Source of the DNA: an uncultured cyanobacterium
Lineage (GTDB): Bacteria; Cyanobacteriota; Cyanobacteriia; Cyanobacteriales; Nostocaceae
Assembly (NCBI GenBank): GCA_963740315.1
Contig: CAVUDP010000002.1
Coordinates: 2,624,001 to 2,688,000, forward strand
Direction: 5' to 3'
Length of the DNA: 64,000 bases
Below are positions 33,237 to 45,407 of this stretch, in pieces. The stretch's first letter is position 1; each line of letters opens with the position of its first letter. A program made the translations under genes and the position numbers. Below the pieces are notes generated by a model, which worked only from the letters and a program-made list of their open reading frames with translations, was not told the DNA's origin and did not search any database.

Positions 33237-35030
33237 TTACAATTCCATCTTCTGTTTCAATATAGATACAACTTCATCAATGGCAATTTCGTAAGAGTCG
33301 CTACTTTTACGCTCTACAACTTCAACTTTACCGTTGGTTATTGCCCTTCCAGTCACAATCCGATAAGGAATACCAATCAAATCGGCATCTTTAAATTTAG
33401 CACCCGCACGTTCGCTTCTATCGTCTATCAGGGTTTCAATCCCGGCTTGATTTAATTCCGTGTAAAGTTTTTCCGCTACTTCTACTTGAAGATCGTCTTT
33501 TATGTTCGGAATCGTCACAATTGCATGATAAGGGGCAATTGCTAGAGGCCAAATTATTCCATCTTTGTCGTAGGATTGTTCTACAGCAGCTTGAGCCATG
33601 CGCGAAACTCCTATACCATAACAACCCATCTCTAAAGGTTTATCTTTACCTTGTTCGGTAGTATAAGTTGCTCCCATCGCTTTAGAATATTTGCTGCCCA
33701 ATTGAAAGATATGTCCGACTTCGATACCGCGAGCCGATTTTAGGGTTTGTTCTGGATTGTGTTGAGCGCGATCGCCAACGATTGCAGTACGTATATCTAC
33801 TGCTAACGGTAACTCAAATTGTTCTCCCCAATTAGCACCGACTACGTGATAACCCGATTCGTTGGCACCCGTGACAAAGTTCTTTAAATCGACTGCGGTT
33901 TTATCTACGAAGCGGACAAATTTGGGATGAATTCCTTTAGCAGTTTTAATATATTCATCGCTAATATCCGGCGCAATATAACCCAAAGGTAAAGATTTAG
34001 CCGCCCATTTTTCTTGTGCTTCCGGGCTGGGTACCTCTAAACCAATAATCGAATTTGCATCATAAGTAGAAGCTAATTTAGTTAATTCGTTATATAACTT
34101 AACTTCATTCACATCTCGATCGCCGCGAATATTTACTAAAACTAATACAGTAGTACCGTTATCGTAAACAACTTGATAAAGAACATTTTTGACAATTTGG
34201 GTGGGAGAACAGTTGAGCATTTTGCAAAGCTTGTCAATTGTCTCGGTTTTAGGAGTTTCGACTTTTTCGTAAGTTGTAAAGTTAGAAGTTTCTGCATCGG
34301 GGGGTAAAGAAACCGCCTTTTCCACGTTAGCAGCATATTTCCCGTCATCGGTGTAGAGGACTTCATCTTCCCCAGCTTCTGCTAAAACCATGAATTCCGT
34401 CGAACCAGAGCCACCAATTGCACCGGAATCTGCTTCTACAGGACGAAATTCCAGCCCACAACGGCGTAGCATATTACTGTAGGCTTGGTACATATCTTGG
34501 TAAGTTTGTTTTAGGCTTTCTTCCGAGCTGTGGAAAGAATAACCGTCTTTCATGATAAATTCTCTGCCGCGCATTAAACCGAAGCGGGGACGAATTTCAT
34601 CGCGGAATTTAGTTTGAATTTGATACAAGTGCTGCGGTAACTGACGGTAAGAGCGAATAGTATCTCTGGCAATAGTGGTAATTACTTCCTCATGAGTGGG
34701 ACCAAGTGCTAAATTTTGCTCGCGGCGATCGGTAAGGGAAAACATGATACCCTCAGCTTTCGTATAAGTATCCCAGCGTCCCGATTCTTTCCATAAATCA
34801 GCAGGTTGTAGTTGAGGTAAAAGACATTCTTGTGCCCCAGTCGCGTTCATTTCCTCGCGGACAATCTGAGAAACCTTTTGCAAAACCCGCCACATCAACG
34901 GCAGATAAGCATATACACCGCTACCGATGCGACGAATAAAACCAGCGCGGACTAATAATTTATGACTGGGAATTTCAGCATCGGCTGGATCGTCTCGAAG
35001 CGTAACAAATAACATTTTTGACAGTCGCAT
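33237..35030 (-). CDS. proS: proline--tRNA ligase
   Basis: [43 protein letters not shown]. Confidence 0.98.
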   Translation of the reverse strand: MRLSKMLFVTLRDDPADAEIPSHKLLVRAGFIRRIGSGVYAYLPLMWRVLQKVSQIVREEMNATGAQECLLPQLQPADLWKESGRWDTYTKAEGIMFSLTDRREQNLALGPTHEEVITTIARDTIRSYRQLPQHLYQIQTKFRDEIRPRFGLMRGREFIMKDGYSFHSSEESLKQTYQDMYQAYSNMLRRCGLEFRPVEADSGAIGGSGSTEFMVLAEAGEDEVLYTDDGKYAANVEKAVSLPPDAETSNFTTYEKVETPKTETIDKLCKMLNCSPTQIVKNVLYQVVYDNGTTVLVLVNIRGDRDVNEVKLYNELTKLASTYDANSIIGLEVPSPEAQEKWAAKSLPLGYIAPDISDEYIKTAKGIHPKFVRFVDKTAVDLKNFVTGANESGYHVVGANWGEQFELPLAVDIRTAIVGDRAQHNPEQTLKSARGIEVGHIFQLGSKYSKAMGATYTTEQGKDKPLEMGCYGIGVSRMAQAAVEQSYDKDGIIWPLAIAPYHAIVTIPNIKDDLQVEVAEKLYTELNQAGIETLIDDRSERAGAKFKDADLIGIPYRIVTGRAITNGKVEVVERKSSDSYEIAIDEVVSILKQKMEL

Positions 35031-35381
35031 CGTAATTCCTCTTTGCGGATTTGATAATTTTTATTTCATACACTCAGGAAATATACTCAGGAAGTGGCTT
35101 TACTGTAAACCCAAGTGCGATCGCGGTTTCACATACAAACTGGACAAGTTAAAGGTTAAAGGTCAAACTTAAAAGATTTCGTATATAACTTAAACGGGCA
35201 GGATGCTTATTTTACAAGAGTTTTAGATTATAAATATTTTTGTTTTTAATAAAATTACCGTCTCACCTGTTAATAGCTGTGACAAACTTAAACAACCAGA
35301 TAAATAATTGACTGGTAACTGTTCAGTGTTAACTGCTCACTGTTCACTGTTCACTGTTCACTGTTTTAGGAGAAAATAATT

Positions 35382-36770
35382 TTGTCTCTCAGTATTAATC
35401 AAGCACAGGCACCTCTCGAATTTATTCCTCCAGCGTTAAACCCTTCTGTTTTACGAATTACCCAGCTATTATTACCAGCATGGATACATTCGCAAACCAT
35501 CCTTAGTCAAATTGAAGCAGAAAACGTCAAAACTTTAGTAAATTTAATCAACGAATTTCAGCAAAAAAAGATTCGTTTCTTGATAGCATTCCGCCATCCT
35601 CAAGTAGAAGATCCTTTTTCATTAGGTTATTTGTTTTCTCATATCGTACCGAAAGTAGCTCGACAAGAAGGAATTAAATTAAATTATCCAGTTCATGCCC
35701 ATTTTATTTACGATAGAGGTATTCCTCTTTGGGCTGGTTCCCATATTGGCTGGTTTTTATCGCGCATGGGTGGAACCTCAATACAGCGGGGCAAGGCAGA
35801 TTGGGCGGGGTTAAGATCGGCTCGTAATTTGTTTGCAGAAGCAGATTTTCCTATTGCTGCTGCACCTGAAGGAGGTACAAATGGACTTTCCGAAATAATT
35901 AGTCCAATGGAGCCGGGAATAGCACAGCTAGGCTTTTGGTGTGCGGAAGATTTACAAAAAGCCGGACGCAGCGAACGGGTTTTAATTTTACCAGTTGGAA
36001 TTAAATATAGTTATACGAATCCGCCGTGGGAGTCGATAGAAAAATTATTAAGCGAATTAGAAGAAGCCAGCGGTTTATCTGTAGATGAAAGCGGTTTTGA
36101 TACAGCTTTACCACAAGAAATGCTTTATCCCAGGTTAATTAATTTGGCAACACATTTGTTATCTGTGATGGAAGATTTCTACAAGCGTTTTTACCATTAT
36201 TCACCAGAATTAAAGATACCAGAAGTTGAAACCAGCGACGGGAATGAAGCGATCGCCGCACGTTTGCGATCGTTATTAGATAGTGCGCTAAAAGTTTCCG
36301 AAGATTATTTTGATGTGCCGGCAAAAGGGAACTTTAGCGATCGCTGTCGTCGGGTAGAACAAGCAGGTTGGAACTATATTTTTCGAGAAGATTTTAAGGA
36401 TATCAAAGCATTAAGTACCATCGAAAAGAGATTAGCGGATCGAGTTGCAGAAGAAGCCAATTTAAGAATTTGGCATATGCGTTTGGTAGAAAGCTTTGTC
36501 GCGGTGACGGGTAAATATGTTCGGGAAAAACCGACAGCAGAAAGGTTTGCTGAAACAACTTTGCTTTTATGGGATATGGTAGCTCGAATAAAAGGTAGCA
36601 ATCCGTTTAAGCGTCCGAAATTGGCTAAGCAAAAAGCGAACATTACTATCGGTGAACCGTTATCGATTTCTGAAAGGTTTGATGATTATAAAGCGAATCG
36701 TAAAAATGCCAGAATTGCGGTTGCTGATTTTACTAGCGATCTGCAAAAAGCGATGGAAGAGTTGATATGA
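35382..36770 (+). CDS. PlsC-like phospholipid/glycerol acyltransferase
   Basis: FRHPQVED (HX4D), GGTSIQRG, AAPEGG motifs. Confidence 0.85.
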   Translation: MSLSINQAQAPLEFIPPALNPSVLRITQLLLPAWIHSQTILSQIEAENVKTLVNLINEFQQKKIRFLIAFRHPQVEDPFSLGYLFSHIVPKVARQEGIKLNYPVHAHFIYDRGIPLWAGSHIGWFLSRMGGTSIQRGKADWAGLRSARNLFAEADFPIAAAPEGGTNGLSEIISPMEPGIAQLGFWCAEDLQKAGRSERVLILPVGIKYSYTNPPWESIEKLLSELEEASGLSVDESGFDTALPQEMLYPRLINLATHLLSVMEDFYKRFYHYSPELKIPEVETSDGNEAIAARLRSLLDSALKVSEDYFDVPAKGNFSDRCRRVEQAGWNYIFREDFKDIKALSTIEKRLADRVAEEANLRIWHMRLVESFVAVTGKYVREKPTAERFAETTLLLWDMVARIKGSNPFKRPKLAKQKANITIGEPLSISERFDDYKANRKNARIAVADFTSDLQKAMEELI

Positions 36771-36840
36771 GAAAGGGTTTGGAGGTTTTTAAACGCAAAG
36801 GGGCGCGGAGTTTAGCGCAAAGGTACGCCGAGTAAAGAAT

Positions 36841-37392
36841 TTACTCAGGAAATACTTTTGATAAATCTAATATTATTTCTGGGAAACAAGGTAGATTAAC
36901 TGTTTCGTTAGGAAGATAAATAACTTTGCGACGATAGCCAAATTTATTTTGTAAATCTTGGTAAGGTTCGTTATAAGTTTCTAAGCAGTTTTCAATTGAA
37001 TTAAATATCCAATAATCAGAAATACCCGCTTGAGCATAAAGCGGTAATTTTACTTCTCGATCGTATTTTAAAGAAGAATCAGCGATTTCGATTAAAAGCA
37101 ATACATCTTGCGGAGTGGGATGAGAATTTACATAATCATCATCTTTATTTATGAGAATTGCTATATCGGGTTCGGGTTCGCTATTAGGCAGTATGATAAT
37201 TGGATCTTGGCTTTGTAAAGTACCAAGATTAGCAATCAGTTTTGATAATTCTCTTATCAATCTCCTGCAAAAAGTTGAATGAAGCGTTCCTTTAGCTGCC
37301 ATAGGAATGATTTCTCCCCTAATTAGCTCAACCCGGTCATCTTCATGAAAAAATCCGAGTTCTGCTAAACGGTTGTATTCATCTATAGTCAT
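36841..37392 (-). CDS. Uma2 family (DUF820) endonuclease-like protein
   Basis: RVELIRGEII, SEPEPDIAIL, LLIEIADSSLKYDREVKLPLYAQAGISDYWI. Confidence 0.92.
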   Translation of the reverse strand: MTIDEYNRLAELGFFHEDDRVELIRGEIIPMAAKGTLHSTFCRRLIRELSKLIANLGTLQSQDPIIILPNSEPEPDIAILINKDDDYVNSHPTPQDVLLLIEIADSSLKYDREVKLPLYAQAGISDYWIFNSIENCLETYNEPYQDLQNKFGYRRKVIYLPNETVNLPCFPEIILDLSKVFPE

Positions 37393-37630
37393 AGCGTTTA
37401 GGCATGAAGTTATATTTAAATTTTAGTTATTTATACGGCTACGTGCAAGATAAGACTGTTGATAGAATACAAGTCATAACAAACAAAAAGCTTTCTTTTT
37501 TAACTTTGGCATTTAACATAATACCAACTGCAATACCGAAAAATGTTTCCGTTTCAGGAACTTTTTTCCAAGTTAATGTAACTTAAAACAAAATGATACT
37601 TTTCAAAATCCTAAAATAATCCCAACATTT

Positions 37631-38605
37631 ATGATTAAAACAACCTGCCTGATAAATAATTTTAATTACGCCGATTTCATTATAGAAGCAGTAGAAAGTG
37701 CGCTTGGGCAAACAGTCCAGTTTGATGAAGTGATTATAGTTGATGATGCATCAACCGATAATTCTGTTGAAAAGCTCCAAGAAAGATATGCTCAAAATCC
37801 TCAAGTAAAATTAGTTATTAAAGAGAAAAATGAAGGTCAATTGTCTAGTTTTAATTTAGGTTACTTAGCTTCAAGTGGTGAAATCATCTGTTTTCTCGAT
37901 TCTGACGATAAATACCAACCAAATTATCTTGAAAGTATTCTAAAAATTTATAACCTATATCCTGAATGCGATTTTTTATTTTGTGGCTATGAAAAGTTTA
38001 AATTGGATTCATCGTCATCAAATACAATATCCCAGCACCAAGAGCAAATTGATATATGCCAATATGTCAGAAATAGAGGTTGCTCTGCTATTTTAACTCT
38101 TCATACACAACGCTTTATCGGCTCTCCTACTTCCACTCTTTCAATGCGGCGTAAAATTGCCGACAAAATACTACCTTTCCCTTACTTAGAAGATTGGCGA
38201 ATTCGAGCCGATGATTGTTTGGTTTACGGAGCTTCTTTAGTCGGAGCAGTAAAATTTACATTATCTTTAAAATTAGTTCAATACAGAATTCATACAAGAA
38301 ATAACCATGCAAACAAAACTAAAGAAGATTCAAAAGAACGCAAAGAAATATTAGTTAATTATCAGAGAAGACTGGCTTTAAATCGTCTCTTTAACTCATT
38401 TGCCCAAAAAATGAACTATCTTGATAAGAGTGAGCTTACATCCTTTATTCCCTTTGAATTTAAAACCATACCTCAACCTGATTCAAAAGACTTTAGAAAA
38501 TACTTTAATTTACTCTGGAATTCTAATCTCAAAATATCTATAAAAATTAAAAGCTCATTAATTATGATCAAGTATATGTTATCAACTCGTAAGCTTTCTC
38601 ACTAA
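37631..38605 (+). CDS. glycosyltransferase family 2
   Basis: NNFNYADFIIEAVESAL, VDDASTD, FLDSDD. Confidence 0.9.
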   Translation: MIKTTCLINNFNYADFIIEAVESALGQTVQFDEVIIVDDASTDNSVEKLQERYAQNPQVKLVIKEKNEGQLSSFNLGYLASSGEIICFLDSDDKYQPNYLESILKIYNLYPECDFLFCGYEKFKLDSSSSNTISQHQEQIDICQYVRNRGCSAILTLHTQRFIGSPTSTLSMRRKIADKILPFPYLEDWRIRADDCLVYGASLVGAVKFTLSLKLVQYRIHTRNNHANKTKEDSKERKEILVNYQRRLALNRLFNSFAQKMNYLDKSELTSFIPFEFKTIPQPDSKDFRKYFNLLWNSNLKISIKIKSSLIMIKYMLSTRKLSH

Positions 38606-38835
38606 AAAATAGATGTCTCTGGAATGTAAATTAGATAGTCCAAAATTTGGAAAGCTTTTATATCACGATAAGAGGATGAGTAATCGATCGCTCAAGCATC
38701 AATTAAAAAGAACTTAGAGAAATAAGAAACTTTTGAGTCTTTTTATTTTTCAATACTAACGAGTTTTAACGAAGATAAAAAGTAAACTATGATGTCCCAG
38801 ATGTTGTGTTGCGACATCTGGGACAAGTTAATTAT

Positions 38836-40454
38836 TTAAACAAACAAAGGATAACGAAGCGCTAATGTATCAGTTTCAAGGGAATATTTCTTAAAAAACT
38901 CATTCACTATAGGCTCAATTTCTGGTTTAACAGCTGCAACAAAGCGCTGCACCATAGATGCAATTGAACAAACTACTATTAAATGAACTAATTCCTCAGA
39001 TTGAAACTGTTTAATTGCAGCTTCTACAAATTGATATGGTGTTGTCAGTGGAGTTTGTGCCGATACCCAAGCAAATTGAAGTGCTGCTCGTTCTTTTTCA
39101 TCGAATAATTTACTCGTATCTCCTCGATTTGTCGCAGCTAAATAACATTGACGAACCCTTTCAACTGCATTATCTTTATCAGTAGCAGTATGATAAGCAA
39201 AATATCCTTCAACTGCTGCTAAATAATCGTGATTCTTTGCGATCGCGCTCACCCTAGCCATGAGATGCTTAAGTTCTGCTGGGATTAAACTATGATGGCG
39301 ATCGCTCATTAATTCCACATAAATATAAGCGTGGTGCTTCTGTAACGATTGCGTCCATTTCTCAATCCAAGCTGGGAACAATCCTAATTCTTTCTCAAGA
39401 TAGATGTCTAAATTATCAATTCCTGAATTATATTTTGCAAGCATATCTTGAATTGATAAATTGCCTTCCGGTATTTCGTAATCAAGATTAGATGGATTGG
39501 AATTTCCGGTGCTATGTCTTCCCCCTTCGATACCTACTTTTTCGCTGGCTTGACGTGCCCAATCTCCTTCTATTTCTAATCCCGTCAAGTCGTTAAAAAC
39601 GTTGAGAAATCCAAAGGAAGCGGTAACGAGTAATGTCGCTTGAATCGAAGCATCGGCATTTACTTCTCCCGAAACTTCTGTTGCTAAACTGCGGATATTT
39701 TCCATAAAATTATCTTCAACTTGATTTAGCGTTGCATCACCTGCAAGCTGTGCGATCGCCATTTCAAATTGATTAAATGGATTGTTCTCTAATGCTTCTC
39801 CCTGGCTAGCTTTTTTAAATTTTCCTACCATATCTAGAGATTTTTCGCCCATTGTCGCGACACTATGAACTTGACAATATGAACAACCATGTGCATTGGA
39901 AGTAGAATAACCAACCGCACTAATATTCTTCATCCCCAGCGCTTGTTTTGCATACCCAACTGCGGAGAAGTTTTGACAGTAAACGAAAAGTTTGTAAGCT
40001 TCAATCCAGTTGTGTAGATAAGCGAATGTATTGGCCAAAATCCGAAGAATTCTTTGTAAAAGTGCAATATTGGTAAAATTTCTTCGTCTCGATCGCGGCT
40101 ACCATCGCTTTGAGGAATATAATCACGTAGAGCAATGTCTTTTGCACCTTCATGTAATTCTGCATCTGAAAGTTTATCGAGGGATAATTCACCTGTATTT
40201 ATCTCTAATAATTTTGTAAGTCTTCCCGATTTTTCCAGCTTTTCTAAGTCTTCAGCGCCGTTGATGTGGTAACTGCCGATAAAAATTTGCGGTACGGTTG
40301 CTGCTCCACTTAAGTAAATCGATGCATCTGCATACCGCTGATTGGCTTTAACATCATACTCTTGGTAGTTAATTCCAGCCCTTTTTAAAACGGCTTTTGC
40401 TAAGGCGCAGTAGTTGCAGTTAGGCTTGCTGAATAAAGTTATTTGAGATGTCAT
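38836..40454 (-). pseudogene. glutaredoxin fused to an AhpD/CMD-like peroxidase domain, split by a 1-nt frameshift near 40031
   Basis: Grx CNYC...TVPQIFI; FFGFWP joins NTFAYLHNW if one base is restored (TGG CC- AAT ACA); NAHGCSYCQVH motif downstream. Confidence 0.75.
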
Positions 40455-40705
40455 TTGTTTGTTTCCTTTAAATCTGGCGATCGTTTTTTTTGTAATTAAA
40501 GAAAGAGAAAGAGAAAGAGTAAAAATAATTAAAGTTAATTTTATTTACCCTTTCTCCTACTTCTGCAAGAAGTTTGTAAAGTGTGTGTTAGTGGTTATTA
40601 AATCAAACGGTTGACTTAATTCGCAGTAATTGGCGGACTGCGAGCCGCTAAATCTATGACAAATTTCATAACAGATTTTTGCGCTTATTCTAAATACTGA
40701 AAAAA

Positions 40706-42340
40706 TTATTTAGATAAATCTTGAACTATGTTGAATCTGAAAGGTTCGGAATTGAAAGTGTTTAAATAAGCCTGATTCAAATACATCTCGCTTTCAGACT
40801 TATTAAGAAGATATCGGTTAAAGAAAGCAAGGCTAAGAGAATTTATTTGCGATCGCGCGATCGTTGGATCTGCTCCAATCAAACTTTCGGGTACTGGTAA
40901 ACCTTCTCCATCATCTGTCATTTCTAAGGTTGAAAAGTGAGTCCCATTTTCCATCACAACCAGATACTTGTCTTTAACTTCTAATTTTTGAAAGGGTTGA
41001 ATTTGTTCTGGTAAAGCTGGAACAAAGTAATCATCTGTACCAGCAACAAATAATACAGGTGCTTGTAACTTATTTAACCCTGTTTCCCCGAATATATGAC
41101 TGGTTAACGGGTTGATAGCGATGACAGCCTTGATGCGATCGTCTTTTACAGTCAATGATTTCTCCACAGGGACTTCCAAAAGTCGGCATTGAAGTAACAT
41201 TGATAAGTTGAGTATTGGACGCTCTTCTACAGTCGTCGAACAAACATTTTCAAGCTTATCTTGGCTTAATTGTGCCCCCGCAGATGCTAAGACTGTATAA
41301 CCACCAAGAGACTGACCTAATACGCCAACTGCCTGTAAATTCAGAGATTTTAATTCAGGTTCCGATTTAGCGCGACGTTCTAATTCATCTAATACTGCTG
41401 TAATATCTTTGGGAAGTAACAGCAAAGTATTTGGATCTGGTGGGTTTTCTAACCCGTTAAAAATCTGCGAAAATTTATTAGTGTTAGTCTCAAAATGTTC
41501 TGGAACCACAACAGCATATCCGTGAGAAGCCAAATGTTGTGCTAGATAGGCGAAAGTTTGACGATTTGAAGCTACTCCATGAGAAATAACTACGGTAGGA
41601 ACCTGTTGTGATGAATTTGATTGCTGCTTTGGTAAATATAAATCAGCAATTGAGGCTTGCGATCGACCGGGATTTTGGAAAGGAATGGTTTTAAAATTCC
41701 AGGTATAATTACCTTTGTTCCGAGGGTCTAAATTAGAAGAAAGTACTGATTTTTGTAGAGCTTTTGACTCAGCAAGTTGACGAATATTTGCTACTACTTG
41801 AGTTTGTTTTTGAAAGATTTCTTGATTTTCTTTGGCAAGCTTCAAAGTTAGCGGTAGATTAATTTGAATAGTTTTTAAGGGAAATTGACGAATTACATTC
41901 ATCACCGTCAGCCCTTGTTTATCCGCAGCAGCTAAAGTAAGAGCAGCACGAAGCCCAATAGAGCCGTTGAGGGAATTTTCTGTTTGTACAATTTGACCTA
42001 ATCGCTTAAGCAATTCAGAACCAGCAGAGCTATAGCTAATTCGGGATATACCGACAACATCAATTTCAAAGCGCGTATTCAACAAAGTCTGAAGCGATAA
42101 CAATTCTTCATCGTTTAAATAGTTGTCTAAAATGCTGGAATTTTCTTTGAGTTTTCCAGTTTTTGCAACCTCTTCAAGTTCCTTTAGTTCAATTGTAGAA
42201 CCAATTGGACCACAAAAAAATTGAATGCGTTCGGCACTATACACGGGTTGTATTGTCAGCATACTAGAGCATAATCCGAAGAAAGCAGCAACTAGCGTTC
42301 GCGTTTTTAGATTACGGAAATAGCGGTAGTAAGGAATCAT
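40706..42340 (-). CDS. alpha/beta hydrolase with N-terminal DUF1400 domain
   Basis: AERI...ELEEVAKTG (DUF1400-like), VISHG, GQSLGG nucleophile elbow, GTHFS; start probably ATG 42340. Confidence 0.88.
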   Translation of the reverse strand: MIPYYRYFRNLKTRTLVAAFFGLCSSMLTIQPVYSAERIQFFCGPIGSTIELKELEEVAKTGKLKENSSILDNYLNDEELLSLQTLLNTRFEIDVVGISRISYSSAGSELLKRLGQIVQTENSLNGSIGLRAALTLAAADKQGLTVMNVIRQFPLKTIQINLPLTLKLAKENQEIFQKQTQVVANIRQLAESKALQKSVLSSNLDPRNKGNYTWNFKTIPFQNPGRSQASIADLYLPKQQSNSSQQVPTVVISHGVASNRQTFAYLAQHLASHGYAVVVPEHFETNTNKFSQIFNGLENPPDPNTLLLLPKDITAVLDELERRAKSEPELKSLNLQAVGVLGQSLGGYTVLASAGAQLSQDKLENVCSTTVEERPILNLSMLLQCRLLEVPVEKSLTVKDDRIKAVIAINPLTSHIFGETGLNKLQAPVLFVAGTDDYFVPALPEQIQPFQKLEVKDKYLVVMENGTHFSTLEMTDDGEGLPVPESLIGADPTIARSQINSLSLAFFNRYLLNKSESEMYLNQAYLNTFNSEPFRFNIVQDLSK

Positions 42341-42481
42341 TTTTGTTGTTCTTAATGTTTTTATCCTTTGAGTTTCTTTAATCCAAAAATTAGAGATGAA
42401 GTTTTGAATCAAAGAACTTTATTCACCGTTACCAAGATGCGCCGCTTTAATTGGATTTAGTATTGATAGAAATTAATGCTT

Positions 42482-43002
42482 TTAAACGCTTATAGCTATC
42501 GGTGAAAGCGACTTTGCATTCTTCCATTGCTTTAGCTGCTTCTCAAAAGTTTTTACATCAAGAGTATCCATATCAAACGCAACATAAGCATCTGGACGTA
42601 CTAAGATAATTCGACCTGTTTTTGCACCAAGCTTTGTTTCAAAATCGCCGCGATAATCTACTAAAGTGTCTGCTTGAAAATCATGCAACTGCGGTAAACC
42701 GTTATTTAAAATTACGTGCGCTTTCAACATCTCATCACTACATATTAGCTCGTAGTGGCTTTTGTGCTGATGCACAAAAGTCAATTCCAGGGGATGTGTA
42801 ACCGCGTTGGATTAGTTGTTCTACCCAGGATATCTAAAAATTCTAAGGTGCGGGCGTGTACTACCAAGGCTTTACTGCGCGTAGATGGCTGGTTTCGTTG
42901 TTCGATAATCCGCACTTTGACATTACGTCGTGCCAGTTCGATAGCAACAGTTAAACCTGTCGGACTAGCACCAACAATTAAAACATCTGTTTTTTGTGAC
43001 AT
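42482..43002 (-). pseudogene. FAD-dependent monooxygenase remnant (frameshift plus large internal deletion)
   Basis: N-terminal DVLIVGASPTGL...SKALVVHARTLE and C-terminal LVRPDAYVAF lie only ~0.5 kb apart. Confidence 0.8.
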
Positions 43003-43547
43003 GAGGAATCTCCTTTTTAATATTCAAAACTCTGTTACTCGTTAACCCTTTTCATTATTGAAAATTAGTCTTGGTAAGAGCGGTGCTAAAAACGCTGTCG
43101 CAATAACCATTAAAAACGCCTTATTCAAACGTTTGTTTTATAAATGTGAGCAAAAAATGAGATATGGGGGAACCATCGGAAACTAGAGCAATATGTAATG
43201 TTGAGGTAAATCTGTATGTCCTCAGAGGACTTAAGGTAATGAAATTAAGGTTTTTCGGTAAATTGGAACTGCGTAAAACTCAAGGAAAAATCAAATCATT
43301 TGGCTGCAAACAAAATTATTAGATAGTCATATTAACTTGCTCGCCTATGGATATTCAAACATACGTTTTAATTTTTTACAAGCGTTATTAGTTAAAAAAC
43401 ACATTTATTTCTGATATTTCTGATAGTTTCCATCGAAAAGTTTTTGTCTACGATTAACTGACATTCTGCACCACTCTCAACAAGTCTAAAGAAACCGGGA
43501 ATAAAGACAAAGGTGTATTCCGGCGAATACTTTAATCAGTAATTTTA

Positions 43548-45092
43548 CTAACTAAAGAAGGCGAAATAATCTTCCAATTCATCCGGGGAAGTATTTCGAG
43601 ATATAAAGCCGATGTAATTATCCGGTCTGAGCAACAAGCTAAAAGACTCATTCACTCCAAAAACTTCTGCTACACGCGGATTGAGTGGCAGCGCGTGATA
43701 ATCAACCAAACGATCGTAGTCTTGTGCAATTTTTTCTCTGACCATTTGCTCGTTGTTTGGTTGATTCGAGAAAGTAAGCATATGGAATTTCGGTTGGTGC
43801 AATCGATCGTAAATACTTTTGCCGTCAATCAAAAAGTAGGGCATCCTATCACCGGCTTTTACCTTGAAGTTTTTATCCCCTGAACGATCGCTTATAGGAC
43901 TATCTGGGTAACTGATGCGGATTTGAGAAACCAGTAAGAAAAGCTTTTTGCCAACGATACCAAGTCTAAGAAAGTATTTCGCCAACACGGGGAAAATAGT
44001 CGTTCGCAGAAAACTGAAGAACCAATTCGAGCCAACTAAGACCGTAAAGGCTCTATCGGTTGATTCCAAAAGCTTTTGGGCATTTGCGAGCCGTTCTGCG
44101 TTGTAACTTTCTAACAGTTTTTCACTCGAATAGCCTTTAAGGACAAACGCTATTTTCCAGGCAAGGTTGTAAGCGTCTTGAATTCCAGTGTTCATCCCTT
44201 GTCCGCCTGCTGGAGAATGGATGTGCGCTGAGTCTCCGGCGAGAAAACATCGTCCTTCGGAAAATTTGTTAACGCAGCGCGAGTGTACTTTATAAACTGC
44301 AAACCAGTTGACGTTTGATATATCTAGCGACAGTTTGGTATCATCTTTAATGTGCTGTTCGATCTCTTCATACAAAATCTCGCCTTCGTCTTTGTCTAAA
44401 CCTTCAGGAAAAGTGCCGATGATGCGGTACCGCTTTTCGCCTTTCATAGGAAAAAAGAGAACAGTTGAAGCTGGCGCTAGACATCCGTAACCAGCTTCAT
44501 CACCAAACGACCAATCAATTTGCACATCGGCTACATAAAATAGACGCTCTAAAGTACTGCCCTCAAAAGAAAATCCCAGATCGTGCCTGATTGGGCTTTT
44601 CGCTCCGTCGCAGCCAACTAGATAGTTAGCTTTAATAATTTGAGAGTCACCGTTGGCAGTTTTAATATGCACCGTAACACCCGCTTCATTTTGCGAAAAA
44701 TGTTCGAGTTCGGTTTTCCAGAGAACCTCCTTTTGATGATTTTGGAGATACTCGTAAAGAAGCTGCTCGTTTTTACTTTGCTCTAGGATAAGCAGATACG
44801 GATAAGGACTCAAGCCTTGTCCCATGTTAGAGAGATCGACTTCGCCACATATTTTACCACTCTCAATAATGCCAATTTTGGAAGCAATCTGACCGCATTC
44901 AACGGCTTTGTGTCCTAAGTCAAGTTGCTCGTAGATTTCGAGCGTGCGGGCTTGAACGCCGACAGCTTTGGAATAAGCAGTCACGCCTTCTTTTTTTTCG
45001 ATAATTATAAAGTCAATGCCGTATCTAATTAGCTGGCAAGCTAATGATAATCCAGTTGGGCCTGCTCCGATAATAATTACGTCAGTTTTCAT
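43548..45092 (-). CDS. FAD-dependent monooxygenase (aromatic-ring hydroxylase type)
   Basis: IIGAGPTGL, VGCDGAKS, LAGDSAHIHSPAGGQGMNTGIQDA, LLRPDNYIG. Confidence 0.93.
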   Translation of the reverse strand: MKTDVIIIGAGPTGLSLACQLIRYGIDFIIIEKKEGVTAYSKAVGVQARTLEIYEQLDLGHKAVECGQIASKIGIIESGKICGEVDLSNMGQGLSPYPYLLILEQSKNEQLLYEYLQNHQKEVLWKTELEHFSQNEAGVTVHIKTANGDSQIIKANYLVGCDGAKSPIRHDLGFSFEGSTLERLFYVADVQIDWSFGDEAGYGCLAPASTVLFFPMKGEKRYRIIGTFPEGLDKDEGEILYEEIEQHIKDDTKLSLDISNVNWFAVYKVHSRCVNKFSEGRCFLAGDSAHIHSPAGGQGMNTGIQDAYNLAWKIAFVLKGYSSEKLLESYNAERLANAQKLLESTDRAFTVLVGSNWFFSFLRTTIFPVLAKYFLRLGIVGKKLFLLVSQIRISYPDSPISDRSGDKNFKVKAGDRMPYFLIDGKSIYDRLHQPKFHMLTFSNQPNNEQMVREKIAQDYDRLVDYHALPLNPRVAEVFGVNESFSLLLRPDNYIGFISRNTSPDELEDYFAFFS

Positions 45093-45119
45093 AATTTCTT
45101 CCCCAGAAGCTTAAGAATA

Positions 45120-45175
45120 AACTAAATAGTTTAATCTCATATCTCTAAACTAAACAGTATAGTTACTTTTGTCAA
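45120..45175 (-). promoter_or_regulatory. monooxygenase promoter with two TetR-type operators
   Basis: TTGACA(45175-70)-N17-TAGTTT; near-palindromes AACTAAACAGTATAGTT (45148-64) and AACTAAATAGTTTAATC (45120-36); divergent TetR gene adjacent. Confidence 0.6.
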
Positions 45176-45407
45176 GCTGTTTATTTTAATGGAATAGGAA
45201 TATTTAATAATTGATTAAGCTTATACGACCATGATTTCGTCTGGATGTGGCTTACACCTGTTTTTGTTTATGCTATGAGCAGACTTTATTGTTCCTATTC
45301 TCTGCCCATATCAAAAACAAAAAATGACTTTTGTCTTGTAATACATGGTTAATATGCAAACATAAGATAACTACTAGCGGGACTTTTTTCTATTCCCGAT
45401 ATTAAAT

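Noticed and set aside
37380..37405. Out-of-frame ATG (MPKRY) just upstream of the Uma2 gene, hinting at a 1-nt insertion
   Set aside because: An in-frame ATG at 37392 yields a nearly complete protein, so disruption cannot be claimed
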